Assembly: GCA_900617105.1 (NCBI GenBank)
Contig: UYFQ01000416.1
Coordinates: forward strand, 1 to 64,000
Origin: Hydrurus foetidus
Lineage: Eukaryota
Direction: 5' to 3'
Length of the DNA stretch: 64,000 nt
The number at the start of each line of letters is the position of its first letter. Positions within the stretch are counted from its first letter, which is position 1. Below the pieces are notes generated by a model, which did not search any database, had not been told where the DNA came from, and saw nothing but the letters and a program-made list of their open reading frames with translations. A program made the position numbers and the translations under genes. This document shows, piece by piece, positions 50,301 to 63,241 of this stretch.

Positions 50301-53300
50301 ATCAGCAAGACTCACAGCATGTATTTTCTTGTGATCCTAAAGTGCACTCTCTTCCAATTGCGGAAGAAACCTGAGAAAACAAGATGAAGTTCAAGTTGAA
50401 GGTGAGTGTGGGTTGAAGTGGTATTCGCCATTAGAAATAGTCCTCTTTAAGCCGAATGCGCCATTTGTGTTTTTTGTGCCTATAGGAGTACTACCTGTGC
50501 TGTTTTTCTTGTAAATGAATCCTTCCCTGAATACCTCTTTGTCCACATATAGTATGTCCTGCTCTTCCCCGACCAGCATGCTGTCGCTGCGAGACTGCGT
50601 GGTGCCGACACTGTCTGTGCGCCCTCTGGACACCTTCTCGGAGTAGTCACAAGGATAGTCGTAACTGTCTGACTGTCTGAACGCTGCTTTTATCGCAGAT
50701 TCCGTCGGGTGCCCCTGCTTTGCCCTCCACTCACATGTATCAGGTGACGAGTCTTTCGACCCCGCAGCAGTGCGTGACCTCATTTGCTGGGACCCCTCTG
50801 AGTAGTGACGTGTGGGGGAGGAGCGGAGGGATGCGGAGATGTCACTCTGTCTCCTTCTGGGAGAGGGTACGTGTGCCATTCTAAAGGGGCTGCTGCGACT
50901 GTCCAAGGAATCGTCCGTGCCGCTCCAGTCCCCCTAATCGCAATGAGGAGAAAGCAATCAGGTAAGTCAGGGAAAATGTGTCAAACGAAGTCGATCCTGT
51001 CAATAAAATAAAATGCGTCAACATGGGAGTGCGATGGAATGGTACGGCATAGATGTAACTAATGCGTAAGGATGGAGGATAGAGTGTGCAGTGCGTAAGA
51101 TGGTATTCGTAATGAGTCCATTGCTGCCTCTCTCTCGCACATGATGCAGATAAGAAGGTCTGGTGACACACAAAATAAAATAAAATAAAATCGCTCGATA
51201 GGAAAGCAGTAAGTTCAGATCTCAGAATGGTACAGTGCAAGAAGTGCAGTGGACATAAGACTGGACAAGGCTGTGCAGTCTTGATGCTGTAGAGTAAGAC
51301 AGTCACTGAAAACACACAATCTACATAATAAACTCGGAACATGAGGGGGTATCAGTGACTCACCTTTTCCTCATTAATTCCCCTTGGTGCTCCCGCTGTT
51401 GCCATCGCACTGGCAGACTCTGGTTTCTCAAAACCATATGACATCTCTGACAGAATGATGGCTACATCCAGGTCGTCATTTTCCCCGCTCTCTTGCTCTT
51501 GCTCTGGCTCTTGGATCTTCACGACTACTCCTACCACCCTGTCTATCTCCTTCTCCTTTCCATCCGGTGCCGTGTTGTCATCGCCACTGGATGAATTGCA
51601 TTTGAAGAATCTCTTGTCTCCAATGACAACTTTAACTTCGGTCTTTTCTTTTTTCTTGCCTTTTGTTTTATCTTTGTCCGCTACTAATTCTTCATCCTTT
51701 TCTTTTTCCTTAACCCTCTCACTTTCTTTGCCTTTGACTTTAAAAGTTATTTTGCTATCCTTCTCTTTAATCTTTTCCTTTCCAAAGATATCTTTTTCTT
51801 TCGATTTCTGCTTCGCGATCACACGATCTTTCTCTTTTTCCTTTTCCTTCTCACTATCCTTTTCTATTTCCTTCGCCACGACTATTTTGTCTTTCTCTTT
51901 CGTTTTCTCTTTGGCGATAACAACTTTATCGTTTTCCCTTTCTTTCTCTTTTACAGTGCTATCCTTCTCTTTTGCCTTATCTTTCACCATATGGACATCT
52001 TTGTCCTTCTCTATATCTTTGAATTTCTCCTTCATTAGTGTCGCGAAATCTCTCTCCTTCTTGTCCTTCGTACAACTCGTGCCAAAACTTATCCTCCCTC
52101 TGAGCACCCCTGTTGGTGTCCCCTTCTCTCCACTGCTATTGCCCCCACTGGCCGATTGAGAAGAAGAAGTCCCCGGCCGTGGTGGTGTGCGATCCCTCTG
52201 AGATATCATAGACATGCGGGTCATTAGCTTATTCAAACTAGGCATCTCATCCCCTGACGAAGCTTTCCTCCTTGGCTTGCTGACAGGAGTGACCAGAATA
52301 GGGTTGTCCACTCCGGCACTATGGGGGGATCGGATAGCTTTCTTAGGGACCACCGCCTGGGATAAGGATATCAGCGATACAGGAAGGATATTACAAATCG
52401 ATGATGAGGCCAGGTCAGATGAGACAAGGTCATCAAAGATGAGGTCAGATAAAATTAGCTCAAGTGAAGCCAGGTCAGGTTAGGTCAGGTCAGGTTAGGT
52501 CAGGTCAGGTCAGGTCAGGTCAGGTCAGGTCAGGTTAGGTCAGGTCAGGTCAGGTCAGGTTAGGTCAGGTCAGGTCAGGTCAGGTCAGGTCAGGTCAGGT
52601 CAGGTCAGGTCAGGTCAGGTCAGGTCAGGTCAGGTCAGGTCAGGTCAGGTCAGGTCAGGTCAGGTGTGATAAGGTCAGGTCAGGATAGTTAACAAGACGG
52701 TTTAGAGGTGTTGCAGATTTCTTAGGGTTACCTTGGGAGTTACTGTGTATTTTGTTGCTAGTATTATCTGGCGTGTGGTGTAGTCCAAAAAGGGCTGGGC
52801 GGGGGTCATGTTGCGGACCTTGGGTCTACCATTGCTGTGTGGGCACTTCTCACTGGGTGTCAGTGCCCCTGGGGGAGAGAGCGCTTCTGCCTTGGGACGG
52901 GTGGACTCCGCTTCGAACATCTGATCCATGGAGGTGAGAAGGCTCTGGGGGTGTTTGAGCTTAGGCAGTGCGATTGTGTCTGATGGGAGGTCTCCTAAGA
53001 GGTCTTGCAGCCAGTCCACCACATCCCCTCCTGCTGGGCGGTTACACGCCTCATCGTCCACGCACTGGAAGGCGAGGGATATCAGTGACTCAGGAGCATC
53101 TCCTGTTATCATCAAGCGCACTGCTTCAATGTCCATTTGAAACCTGGAGACAATCGTAAAGTTAATAAATACGTCAGAAATTCTAGCAATTAGAGTTAGC
53201 AGTCAGCGGAGTAGGGGGAACACCGTACGTACTTTGATCGAGGAGACCGCTCAGCAAACCCTGCGTGGCCTACTTTCCCACGCCCCAATATTTCTAATAG

Positions 53301-54097
53301 CACCATGCCGAATGAAAAGATATCTATTTCGAAGGAGTAGTTGCCCTCATCGAAAAGCAGTTCAGGAGCCATGTACTCGTTCGTTCCGCACAATGTCATT
53401 CTGCATGAATAACACATCACATCATTCAGTGATATCAACAGAAATAACGAGAAAAAATCACCAAGGGAATTGTGGAAGTGGTGGAGCCGTTATTTGGCTG
53501 CATCTCATCAGGAGATAAAGCACAGATTTACAAGCGCAACACTAAGAAGTGTGCATACCTGTCAGATGAATTTGCATCGACTTCTCGTGCGAGGCCGAAG
53601 TCACAAATCTTGCACTGCCAATTCTGATTCAATAGGATATTTGAAGATTTGATGTCCCTGTGAATAATGCTGTTCTGATGCATATAGTCTATTGCCGATG
53701 CTGCTTGAGCTGCGATATTTGTTCGAAAATTCCAACCCAATTCTTCATCCTGATCGAGTAAAAGATCTAGTAGGTCGCCACCCTGACAGAATTCGGATAC
53801 TATAAAAAGAGAGCGCTCAAGTCCACCCTCATGGAGGACATCATATGCACCGAAGTAGGACATGATATGATCATGTTGAACTCTCTTCAGAACATTTATT
53901 TCTCTGAGGAGATATCCCTGAAGTCCCTTCGCCTCACAGATTTGCTTCTTGACTGCAACTAGATCGCCAAAGTACTTCCCGATGTAAACGCTCCCGAACT
54001 GGCCCTCACCAACCGCTTTACCGATGAGAACATCACTCGGATTTATGAGATAATCACCATCCTCTTCGAAGCTATCGATATTCGTTCTAGAGTTCAT
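47398..54097 (-). CDS. Multi-exon TKL-group protein kinase with Lys/Glu-rich linker, PH, SAM and putative PX domains
   Basis: Kinase GEGQFGSV, VAVK, HRDIKSSN, DFGLAR, CGTNEYMAPE. PH: REGFIYKK..FFRNWKR...FAAESYADMDDWVRAL. SAM: VGAWLEGLGLRQYEAAF...LDSLGI.IALHR. PX-like: SYMVVT..FSDIKDFH..L..PKFP...LQSYLRQL. Stop TAG at 47398-47400. Confidence 0.8.
52471..52684. repeat. Intronic pentamer microsatellite (GGTCA)n
   Basis: About 40 tandem CAGGT/TAGGT units between kinase-gene exons. Confidence 0.97.
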
Positions 54098-54832
54098 TTA
54101 TCGTGCGATGTATAGTGCTTCCGGCCTAACGACACTGATTTCGGTAGCTATCGTTGCCAAATTGGACATTCAAATATTTTTTCAGTTATCAGCAAGGTTG
54201 CTCTGAATAAGATCGCGTCAAGGATACGTTGGCGGCATCAAATATAAGGCAGACGCCAATATTCTGATATCTACAGCTCTCGAGTCCCTTACCAACTCCC
54301 ACTGATTACCTTTGAGATAGTGATATTGGTGTGTTTTTAATTTAAAATCAACCCGTTTGATTTCTCATCATTTCTACGTACAGCAGCGAAACTTCATCGC
54401 ATGCGGAGTGTTCGTCTCGAGTCGTGGGTGTGTGTGTGGTGTGGTGTGTGTGTGTTGGTGTTGGTGTTGATTTCAGATTTCAAGAGCTGGCTGGGCCGCC
54501 CCCCCCCCATCAACCCATCAACAGACGAAAGCCCGTTACAGTTCCGTATAGTTACTAGTTACTGTCTCATCGGTCCGAGACTATACCGTATAGGCCGTAG
54601 ACCGTAGACTGTTTCCCCAGATTACCGATATCTGCCAGAATACATACAAGATATCTGCCATATTTCTGTGTACGTACAGAATACTGCATGAGTACAATGT
54701 CTATCGAGAGGTATGAAGAAGACTGAAGAGAGAGATGAGAGAGACAGTGGCAACCTATAAACTATACTTCAGTCCACGAGCTTGAAATTCAAGGGGGATA
54801 GAGTGAAAAGCTCCTATCGGCTATGGTTGAGA

Positions 54833-56408
54833 ATGATCAGCGCGAAGAAAGTTTTCGGTTCATACGTACTTCAAGACGTTGGATTACTCGATATTGCACC
54901 AGATCACAGCAACATTGGAGTACCATCCAGTGGCAGTCCTTCAGCATTCATTACAAAATGTGCGATACCGTCTGATTGGGTTTGCCTCGAACTATTGGAA
55001 GTAAAGAAATACAATCATGATACTTCAATTCTTCGTTTCAAACTGCCACTGGGTAAGAAAAGGCTCGACTTGCCCGTCGGATCCTTTTTGCTAATCAAGG
55101 CACCTGGCAGTGAACGGGACGGGAGAGATGCAATACGTCCCTACACCAGCATTTCTGACGACGATTCTTTCAGCAGCTCATGCTCATTAGAAACAGGAAG
55201 CTTTGAGATTCTCTGCAAACGTTACGATGAGTGGGGAATGAAAGAGGACGGGAAAAGCAACTTTTTATTCACCAAAACAGATCACTCTTACAAACCCCCC
55301 GGAGCTGCGTCCAATTTTATTCACAAGCTTGTCGTTGGATCAAAGCTCTCTTTTCAGTATACAGCAGAGTGTGTGGGAAGAAACAATTTTCCCTTCTTGG
55401 ATGGCGATGACTCAGGTGCGAATCGTCGCATTACTATCCATCGTCCCAACATGAACTAAAGATTCTCCATCAAACACCCTTTTAATAATTAAAAGTCTCG
55501 AAGTTGGTCACCATGATTGCTGTTGGCGTGGGAATAGCTCCCATGATACACACTCTTCGAGCAATTTTTAAACATCGCGACCAACAACTCCACGAACTTC
55601 AGCATGCTGATAATGGCTCAGACTCTACTGATCACCGTCGTCAACAATCTAAGGTCCAAGTGAAATTGCTCTATGGTGTGGTAAGTTTTGCAACTCTATC
55701 AGTTCGTTAACTGCTTTGAGCCTGAGATATCTGATTCTTGAGATGTTTCTTCGACTGCAGCGCGAAGTCGCTGATATTCTGCTGAGGGAGCAAATAGAGA
55801 AGTGGCGCGAGGACTACAAGGACATTTTTTCTGTTCTGTATTGTGTAGGTGAGTAAATACATATCGCGTTATTGTCAGCGTACATTTTGATATATTTTTA
55901 ATTTTGAGTGACAGACATCAAAAATTACAGCAAGCATAATAGTGCACAAGATCAACATCTTACCGCCCACCCCTCCTGCCCTCTTGACTGCAGGATCTCG
56001 GTGGACTAATATCCACATGGGCGCCAAAACGAAGTCTGACTATCTTCCTCCGCCTGTTCCAAGAGGCTTCTCTGAAATAGCCGATCATGCAGAATTGGTA
56101 ATTATGCCAAGACGCTCGTTTGATGTTGACACTATTTTCAACACACAGCAATTTCCAATGACATCTAGCAATCGAGAGGCATCGATTCCTTGCTAACGTA
56201 TTTAATGCGCCTTCAATTTCAGGGCTGGGTGAACGAAGACAAAATATTGAAACACGGATTTCCCCCTGGGGACGACAGTCTGGTAGTGGTGTGCGGGCTA
56301 CCGGGGGTGTACGACAAACTATGCGGACCAAGATCCGATATAAACCTAGCCCAGGGGTCAGCACTGCACACTCTCGGATATACCAAGGGCATGGTTGTCA
56401 AGCTGTAG
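54833..56408 (+). CDS. NADH-cytochrome b5 reductase-like flavoprotein (FNR family), multi-exon; start uncertain
   Basis: YNHDTSILRFKLP, RPYTSIS (FAD), MIAVGVGIAPM (NAD), VKLLYG, VCGLPG and LHTLGY..MVVKL motifs over GT-AG separated exons. Confidence 0.85.
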
Positions 56409-57252
56409 AAAGGAACGGCTTTAATCGTTTATGCAAAGAACATCGTATTTTCATTGAATTTATTCGCTTCTTCTTCGTGCGCACTGCGTGTTGTAGTACC
56501 CATAGTAGATCCAGCCATTGAAAGATTAAAAACTATCCGTTTCCTTTGATATTGAATACGTCGTCCGTACAGCACTGCACTCCCCACTCTGAAGTTTTAA
56601 AACGGTGACCCCTACGGCGTCTGACCCACGAAAGTGAAAAAAAGTCCTTTAGTTTTCGTCCCCTACAGTTTTCTTCACACCCCATCATCTGGCTGATTTG
56701 CAAAAATAGTAATTGCGTGTTTAAAATTATTCCGAAGTAATTGAACGATGAATAAATCGTGTTGATGTAACTAATGCGATTTCTTCAGAAAAAAATTAGA
56801 GAATCATGCAGTACAGCCACCTGCTGGTACCAAAAATAATCGTTTTGTCTTCGGCGTAGCCTTTTGGCCTTGTCGCCTGGTCTGGACAGCGTACCTCCTC
56901 CCCGCCCGGAATATTACGTGTCTTTACAACGGTTTTACCATACCGTATGATGCCGTATACACCGTACGCCCACTCCGTACGGTTTTCGGTTTGATTTGGA
57001 TTTGGATTTTACCCGACGACGAAGAAGGGAGGGTGCGACAAATCGGTGACTGATTGATGGATGTTTACCTTGAGGAACGACTGACGTTCAGTACTATTTT
57101 GACAAGCAATTGACAGTAATGCAACACATACGAATACTAACAGCCGACGAATAGGTGCAGAATCTCTACGTGGAGTAGTGGAGCCCTAGTAGTGGAGACT
57201 GTTTTCAGCCTAATCGCCAATAAGACCATATTCTGTGGACAGATTCAACATC

Positions 57253-58037
57253 ATGGAACATCAGACAGTCCTCAAGTATCCTCGCAATGTCGTCGTTAAC
57301 TTCAGAAAACTGGACAAGCCAACCTTGATAGGAGTTCTGCGCTTCTATGGTGTTAGCCCCAACCCCGACCTTTCCCAGAATGAGATGGCGGCTATGACTG
57401 CAAGAGTTTTTCATGTCGCCACTGTTTCCGAGAAAGATGTAGTAGAAAAGTTTACTGTCAAGCTCTCCGATCCAATAGCAGCACCCCCTGTTGTGCAGAA
57501 CAGCAAGAAAAGAGGCATTAGCACTAGAGAAGTACTAGATTCCATGCCTGCACGACAGGGAGAGCAGGTCACTCTATGCTTTGATTTTTTCTTCGTTTAC
57601 TGTTGTGCGACCGTTTTCCTCACTGTGTTATCGCCACCTCACAGGTTGCAGCGAAAGTTTCGAAATCAAATGAAAATGGCTCGTGGATTCTGGGCAATAT
57701 ATTAGAATATCACGCTGCATCTCAAATATATGAAGTTCAAGATGAAGATGACGTTTCAAGAACGATAAATTTGCGACCTGACGACGTAAAGAGGCTGGAG
57801 GATACAACAGCACATCTACGCAAAGGCGATAATGTTCTTGCAGTATTCCCTGAGACAACCTCGTTTTATCGTGCTCTTGTCGTGAAGAATCCCAAGCCTC
57901 CAGGATGGGAAGTCATTGTTCGTTTTGAGGATGATGAGGACGCCACAGGAAAAGCACCAGCAAGAAAAGTACCGGCAAGATTTGTTCTACGCCGTAGTGA
58001 CGTTGAACCCGAGGAGGAGGAAGAAGAGGAGAATTAG
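57253..58037 (+). CDS. SGF29: SGF29-type tandem Tudor protein with N-terminal SAP30 Sin3-binding-like domain, 2 exons
   Basis: Exons 57253-57567 and 57645-58037 join in frame (235 aa). Tudor: GEQVAAKV...WIL...YEVQDED...VLAVFPETTSFYRALV...VRFEDDE...VPARFV. N-terminus: VNFRKLDKPTL..VLRFY...LSQNEMAAMTARVF....SEKDVVEKF. Confidence 0.88.
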
Positions 58038-58401
58038 ATTTTCGCAGACTTCGTTCCGGCATTACTTCTTGAATAGATCTATTCTGAAAGATGTGTCATT
58101 TAAAATAGCTACCGCTTCGTTGATTAAATACGAATGCAGCTGCCTAGCATAGAACTGTACCTGTAAAAATTTGTAGAGCCTTTTATAAATTATTTGGTTG
58201 TATGTCTTTCATCTTATCAACGTTTTGTTTATGTAAAGTATGTAATAGTAAGCATTCATTCGCGGTAAAGGTAAACGATAGTTGCCACCCCCTTGGTTGC
58301 CAGGACGAAATACGAATCTCAACTAATTGGGTTCTTTTGGACAATGTGAGCAAATTGATTCTACAAGTGTAAATATTGCGAGCGTTAAGAAAGAAAGGAA
58401 A

Positions 58402-59412
58402 TTATAAGCTGTCGTCATTGTCAGGTTTTGTAAGAGAAACCAAGTCCGTTTCTGATGTTTTCGACCCGAATCCTTTGCTAGCTGTAGTTCCTCCAATCCT
58501 AGACGAAAAATAACCGAAATATTCCGGAATCTTTCCGGTAGCATTCTGCCATAAACTCTGCGTGCTTATTGGAGAGGTCTCTGTTGGTGAACTAGAGAGC
58601 AGGGAAGAGGTACTATTAGTCTTATTCCTAGTAACCATAATTGGATTTATACATGACTGACTGGCCTTGGATGATGTGGAACCTACAATTCCTTGCAAAG
58701 ATCCTGACTCGGCATCACCATTAACAATTCTCATTTCTAGGAGATCCTCGTCCAAGTCTGTTTGAGGAATTTGTTCATGAGAATGTCCGTGCTGTTTCAG
58801 GAATGTGTCCGTTATCCAGAAAGATATAACGTTGAAGATTCCGGGAACTATTATCATAACTACAATCAGTTCAACCTGAGGGCGTGATCTAAGATTCTGG
58901 AATAGGTAACTGATAGCAATATCCAAAGTGATCGAAAATTCCAGAAGTAGTGAAACGCATATGACCTTTCCCATAATAACGATTGCAAGCCATATGACGA
59001 GTTGCGAAGCCCATCGACTTAAGGACGGGGGGTCGCCATAATCACCAAATTGTAGATATCGAAGCTCAGATCTAGTACGTATAATACTCTCGACAAAATG
59101 AAGGAGGCTCAAGTTTACGAAGGTACCAAGTGTGGAATCCAGCAGAAAAGATAGGCAGTACCACTGACATTCATCCCCACCAGTAACGGCTTTCGCAATT
59201 ATTTCAGAGAGAAAAATATTTGAGAAATGCCCGAATGATGACCCAACTGACTGCTTCCCAACATCGAGAGCCCAGACAATCCACGGTCTCTGAGGTATCT
59301 CACCATATCTTTTGAAAGCCAAAGTAGTAATACACAGAGACGCGAGGCATACTTGAATAAAGGATGCGAATGCACCGCCTAGTAAACGACATTCGCCATT
59401 TGCAGCTAACAT
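58402..59412 (-). CDS. STIMATE/TMEM110 family multi-pass membrane protein, intronless
   Basis: C.LLG.F...IQ..L...L..KR..E.P.RPW.VW.LDV.KQ, C.WY...FLLDSTLG, FGDYGDPP and ELIVVM..VP...N...FW.TD.FLK motifs. Confidence 0.88.
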   Translation of the reverse strand: MLAANGECRLLGGAFASFIQVCLASLCITTLAFKRYGEIPQRPWIVWALDVGKQSVGSSFGHFSNIFLSEIIAKAVTGGDECQWYCLSFLLDSTLGTFVNLSLLHFVESIIRTRSELRYLQFGDYGDPPSLSRWASQLVIWLAIVIMGKVICVSLLLEFSITLDIAISYLFQNLRSRPQVELIVVMIIVPGIFNVISFWITDTFLKQHGHSHEQIPQTDLDEDLLEMRIVNGDAESGSLQGIVGSTSSKASQSCINPIMVTRNKTNSTSSLLSSSPTETSPISTQSLWQNATGKIPEYFGYFSSRIGGTTASKGFGSKTSETDLVSLTKPDNDDSL

Positions 59413-60859
59413 CTCTATCTTATTAGATCACGACGGAGGTTATGGTGGAGGTGACCCCTGTTGCGAGGTGGATAGACAATTTTCAGCACTTCTGGCCGTC
59501 AGAAAGGCTAGCAATGCGGATCATAATCAGGGTGGTTACAAATTCCCGAATGAAAGAGGAAACTGATGTTTTCTGAGAGCTAGAGCGTGTCAAAAGTACG
59601 AAAGAATGATTAACAACGACCTCTTTCATGAAACAGGAGAGGTGCATCTAATTCTCGTTGTTTATCACCTAAATTTGAGCTATACCGCCGTACGTATGTC
59701 ACTCAAATTTTCGGCTTTCTGTGTTCTCAGAGTAATTGGACAGGTGATAGGCTAAAATGTTAGTATAGATAATAGTCTTACAATCTAGATTTATGATAGA
59801 TACCTAGTCTTACGTAGGCTAGGTATCTACAGTTTCCTACTAGTAATTATTGCTGATGTTAACGTGTTTCTATTACTTCATATCTCCAATAATTGCAGCA
59901 ACAGGCAATTTTCGACTCTTTCTAAAAATGCATTTATATGCCTTATCTGCTCTGATCGATCAGTACTTTTTTAGCTTCTTCTACTCTATGAATGATTTCT
60001 CTCCAAGATGCAGATTTCTGTTTTCGCTCATCACAGCTAAAAAAATGTCCCGCAATAAATTGCTTCTACCGTCGAGTGCCATATCTTTTGTTTACAAAAC
60101 ACGTATTACGGCATTTTCTCTTCCATGAGGTCATTTCGGGGCGACACAACTATTATCATACTACTTCGTCAGTTTCAGATCGTTTGCCACACTTTCGAGT
60201 GATTCGAATACTATGTTGCGTTCGACGGTGTATTGAGGGTACATAAAGCACACGACACCTATTCGATGTAGGACACATTTGAGTGCCTCCCCTTATCAAA
60301 CTCAACGAAGTCAGTGCGACTCCCGCCACAGGGAGTTTAGAGTGGCTCTCTTTTGTTGGTGCCCCAGTAGGATGGCGGCTACAAGAACAACCATTTCGTC
60401 GATCAATATATGTGTGCTATGTACTTGTTACCGCTGGTTTCGCAGTATTAGGTCACGTTGATCTGATTGCCTTCAGTTTAATAACATTACAACAAAATTG
60501 TGAGCGCAGAACAAAAGGCGGGCAGCGCGATGGAAATTCATTTCATTTCATCATCCTCAGATTAGACGGTAGATTTAATGAAGTAACAATGTATCTGCAC
60601 GCTGCAGTGATATGATGAGATAGGATAGGACAAATTTGACGAACACTTCATCTAATAATATTGCAGAATCTAAAAAAACGTAGAATCTAACCACGGAAGT
60701 CTCTGATATAGACGTGCTATTTCGGGATGGAACCAGATGAGATGATGCAGTGCAGTGCAGTGCAGTAGTGTGATGCATTTCGGCAAGGATGGTTCTACTG
60801 GTTAGCTTGATAATTACCGCGCATGCATGGTAATCAGTTTTTTCTTTATTCTTTGACCA

Positions 60860-61787
60860 CTAGTCATCGAGAACAGATGAAGTGTTGGCCCTCACTCTTG
60901 GGGGGAATTTTGCGGGCCCCACCATGAGGTCATTCTCCCACACGGCAAAGCACCACCTGCCTGTGACGCCCTTGAAGATTCCCTTCCCATCCTTCATGCC
61001 ATTTTTAAATGATCCGTGGTATTTAAAGCCATTGGAGAATGAGCGTCTCCCGTACCCACTCTTCTCGTCATTTTTCCATAGGCCCTCGTAGACACCTCCA
61101 TCGGGATACGTGAACTTTCCATGTCCTTCTCTCTGTGACACGGTAATTACGACACGTGTTAGAAGTTGTACCTGTGGCCTCAATCGCGGCAATCAGTCAA
61201 TTCACATAAGTTATCACCTTGTCGTTCTTCCAGTAGCCCTCGTAGATGCTGCCGCAAAGCGAAGAGGTCTCGGAGGTCCATTGCATGGTCCCGTGCCCGA
61301 CTCTTTTTTCTTGTGCAGTCAATCCTCCCCTGTAGAATCCCCCTCCATGGCAGTCGTGATATTTAATTTCGGTCTGAATTGAAGATGATAAAGGCGATTT
61401 CATGACAAGGTAGAAATATCGTAGCAGAGTCTACACTAATGGATGTACCAGTGCTTTTGATCTTTCTTCGTTCAGAATATCTTTCATTTCATCGCTGACG
61501 CATACGCCGCAAAAATCCTCATCGCACTCTTCGCAATGATAGCAAAGAATTTGGGTTGGTTTCACTCTTATATTTGCGGAGCAGTCAGCACACGAGGTAT
61601 TTCTTTCACGAATGACTGGAACGAGATTCAGTTCATGCCCATTGCTGCATCGACGTTTATCATCACTTGACTCGCGCCTGGATGATTTTGCTGACCGGTA
61701 AAGGTTTATGTACGATGCACTTTCAGCGCTGTCACAGCTGTCACCGCTTGAGTTACTATCTCTGTTGGACCAGTGATAAATCGACAT
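60860..61787 (-). CDS. MORN-repeat protein with N-terminal Cys/His zinc-binding module, 3 exons
   Basis: CSNGHEL..CADC...YHCEECDEDFCGVC followed by MORN repeats (YEGYWKNDKREGHGKFTYPDGGVYEGLWKNDEKSGYG); GT-AG introns at ~61375-61448 and ~61134-61217. Confidence 0.8.
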
Positions 61788-63241
61788 GTGACACCCACCG
61801 CTGGTGTATCAAGACAACGCCGTCGAACTCTGTGATGTCGAGAGGATAGATAGGGAGCTGTCGTTACGTTTGACTTTATAATCCTAAGCTTATTGACTTT
61901 TAGCTGTACGGCTAGATCGTTTCACAGCTACTCTACTCCTCGATTTTGTTCGCGTTAGTTATTCGATGAGAGATGAGATGATCGTGCTGATTTCAAATTT
62001 TATGTACCCAGCAGTACAGTCAGTCACCCCTTCGAATCTAAATTTGGACAGAAAAAGTGTAAAACGTAAAACTGTTGAACCCATGAGGAAGTTTTACAGT
62101 AAAAACGAATATTTTTTTAAGAGTCGCCGGCCCTAAGTGGGGTGTTTCCTGCTTGTGTGGATTAAAAACGGCTTTTTGTACTTTCACAGCCAATTTCCTT
62201 TTTGCCCGATGTTCCGCATTTTAGCGAATCCGTCAGAATGGATTTCACCGTTTTATTCAGCGTAAAATTTACCTCTTGAGGGGGTTGCATCTTGCAGTCT
62301 CCAATTATCAAATCTCAATTATTTTTCGAATTCCAAATTTATCCATGACTTGAATCAGCTCCAGGGATCTCCTACGGGCGAGAGAAATAATTTGTCATAC
62401 TGTATAATCTTTTTTTTTAAAAAGAGTCCGTGGGCCATGACACACGGGTTATTGATGGGTGGGTTGGAGACATATTGTTATTGCAAGCGGATATTCCTCA
62501 CTACTTTACGTTAGACAAAATAATTGATACCATCGTGTTCAACGATAATTGTTTCGATAGAGGGGTTTCCATCGCCGAATCTAAAATATTCAGATACGCT
62601 CAAGAAATCTTCAAAAAAATCAGATTCCTATTTTTACCAGTGGAATGTGCGAAACTGCACAGCTGGGGCTAGCGACTTAAAATGGAGTGCCACTTTCCAG
62701 TTGCTATTTATGGCAGGCAATTACTGCTTTTCTAAGTATCCCGAGTTGAAATGAAATAGAAAATAAAAAAGAGTTCGGATAACTCTACTGGTTTACTTCG
62801 GGTGAGTGACCATCGTAACGTGACGACAGATAAATCACAGCACTAAAACGCAGCACCATCCTATTGGCGTGGAGCACATATGTTACTACTACTAGACTAA
62901 CTAATCAAAAACGGAATGACTAATAAAAGAACCAACTACGGAGTATCTAGAATAACAATTGGTCGGGGTGTTCCAAAAGCGCTATTCAAGACGTTATTTA
63001 ATCAAAACATTCTCTCAAATTGAGGCGAGGCGGACATTATAACCTGATCGTCCCGTACGCGAACACGATCGTACGTACATAGAGCGTAAATTGTACCGCT
63101 TGGGTAGGAATCCACATCGAATTTAATACTACTTCATCACTGTCAGTATCTGTCTACTACCGTGTAGAAGCGACATACGTCATCGTAATCTGCGTCATTG
63201 TAATCGACTTCATTAAGAATACCATCTTCCACTTACTGCTT

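Noticed and set aside
51455..52159. 234-aa Phe/Ser-rich plus-strand ORF
   Set aside because: Antisense shadow of the Lys/Glu/Asp-rich exon of the minus-strand kinase gene.
52471..52684. Telomeric repeat or CRISPR array
   Set aside because: Simple intronic GGTCA pentamer with no spacers; not a TTAGGG/TTTAGGG-type repeat.
62020..62295. Possible MITE with ACCCC...GGGGGT ends
   Set aside because: The inverted repeat is too degenerate and no target-site duplication is recognisable.
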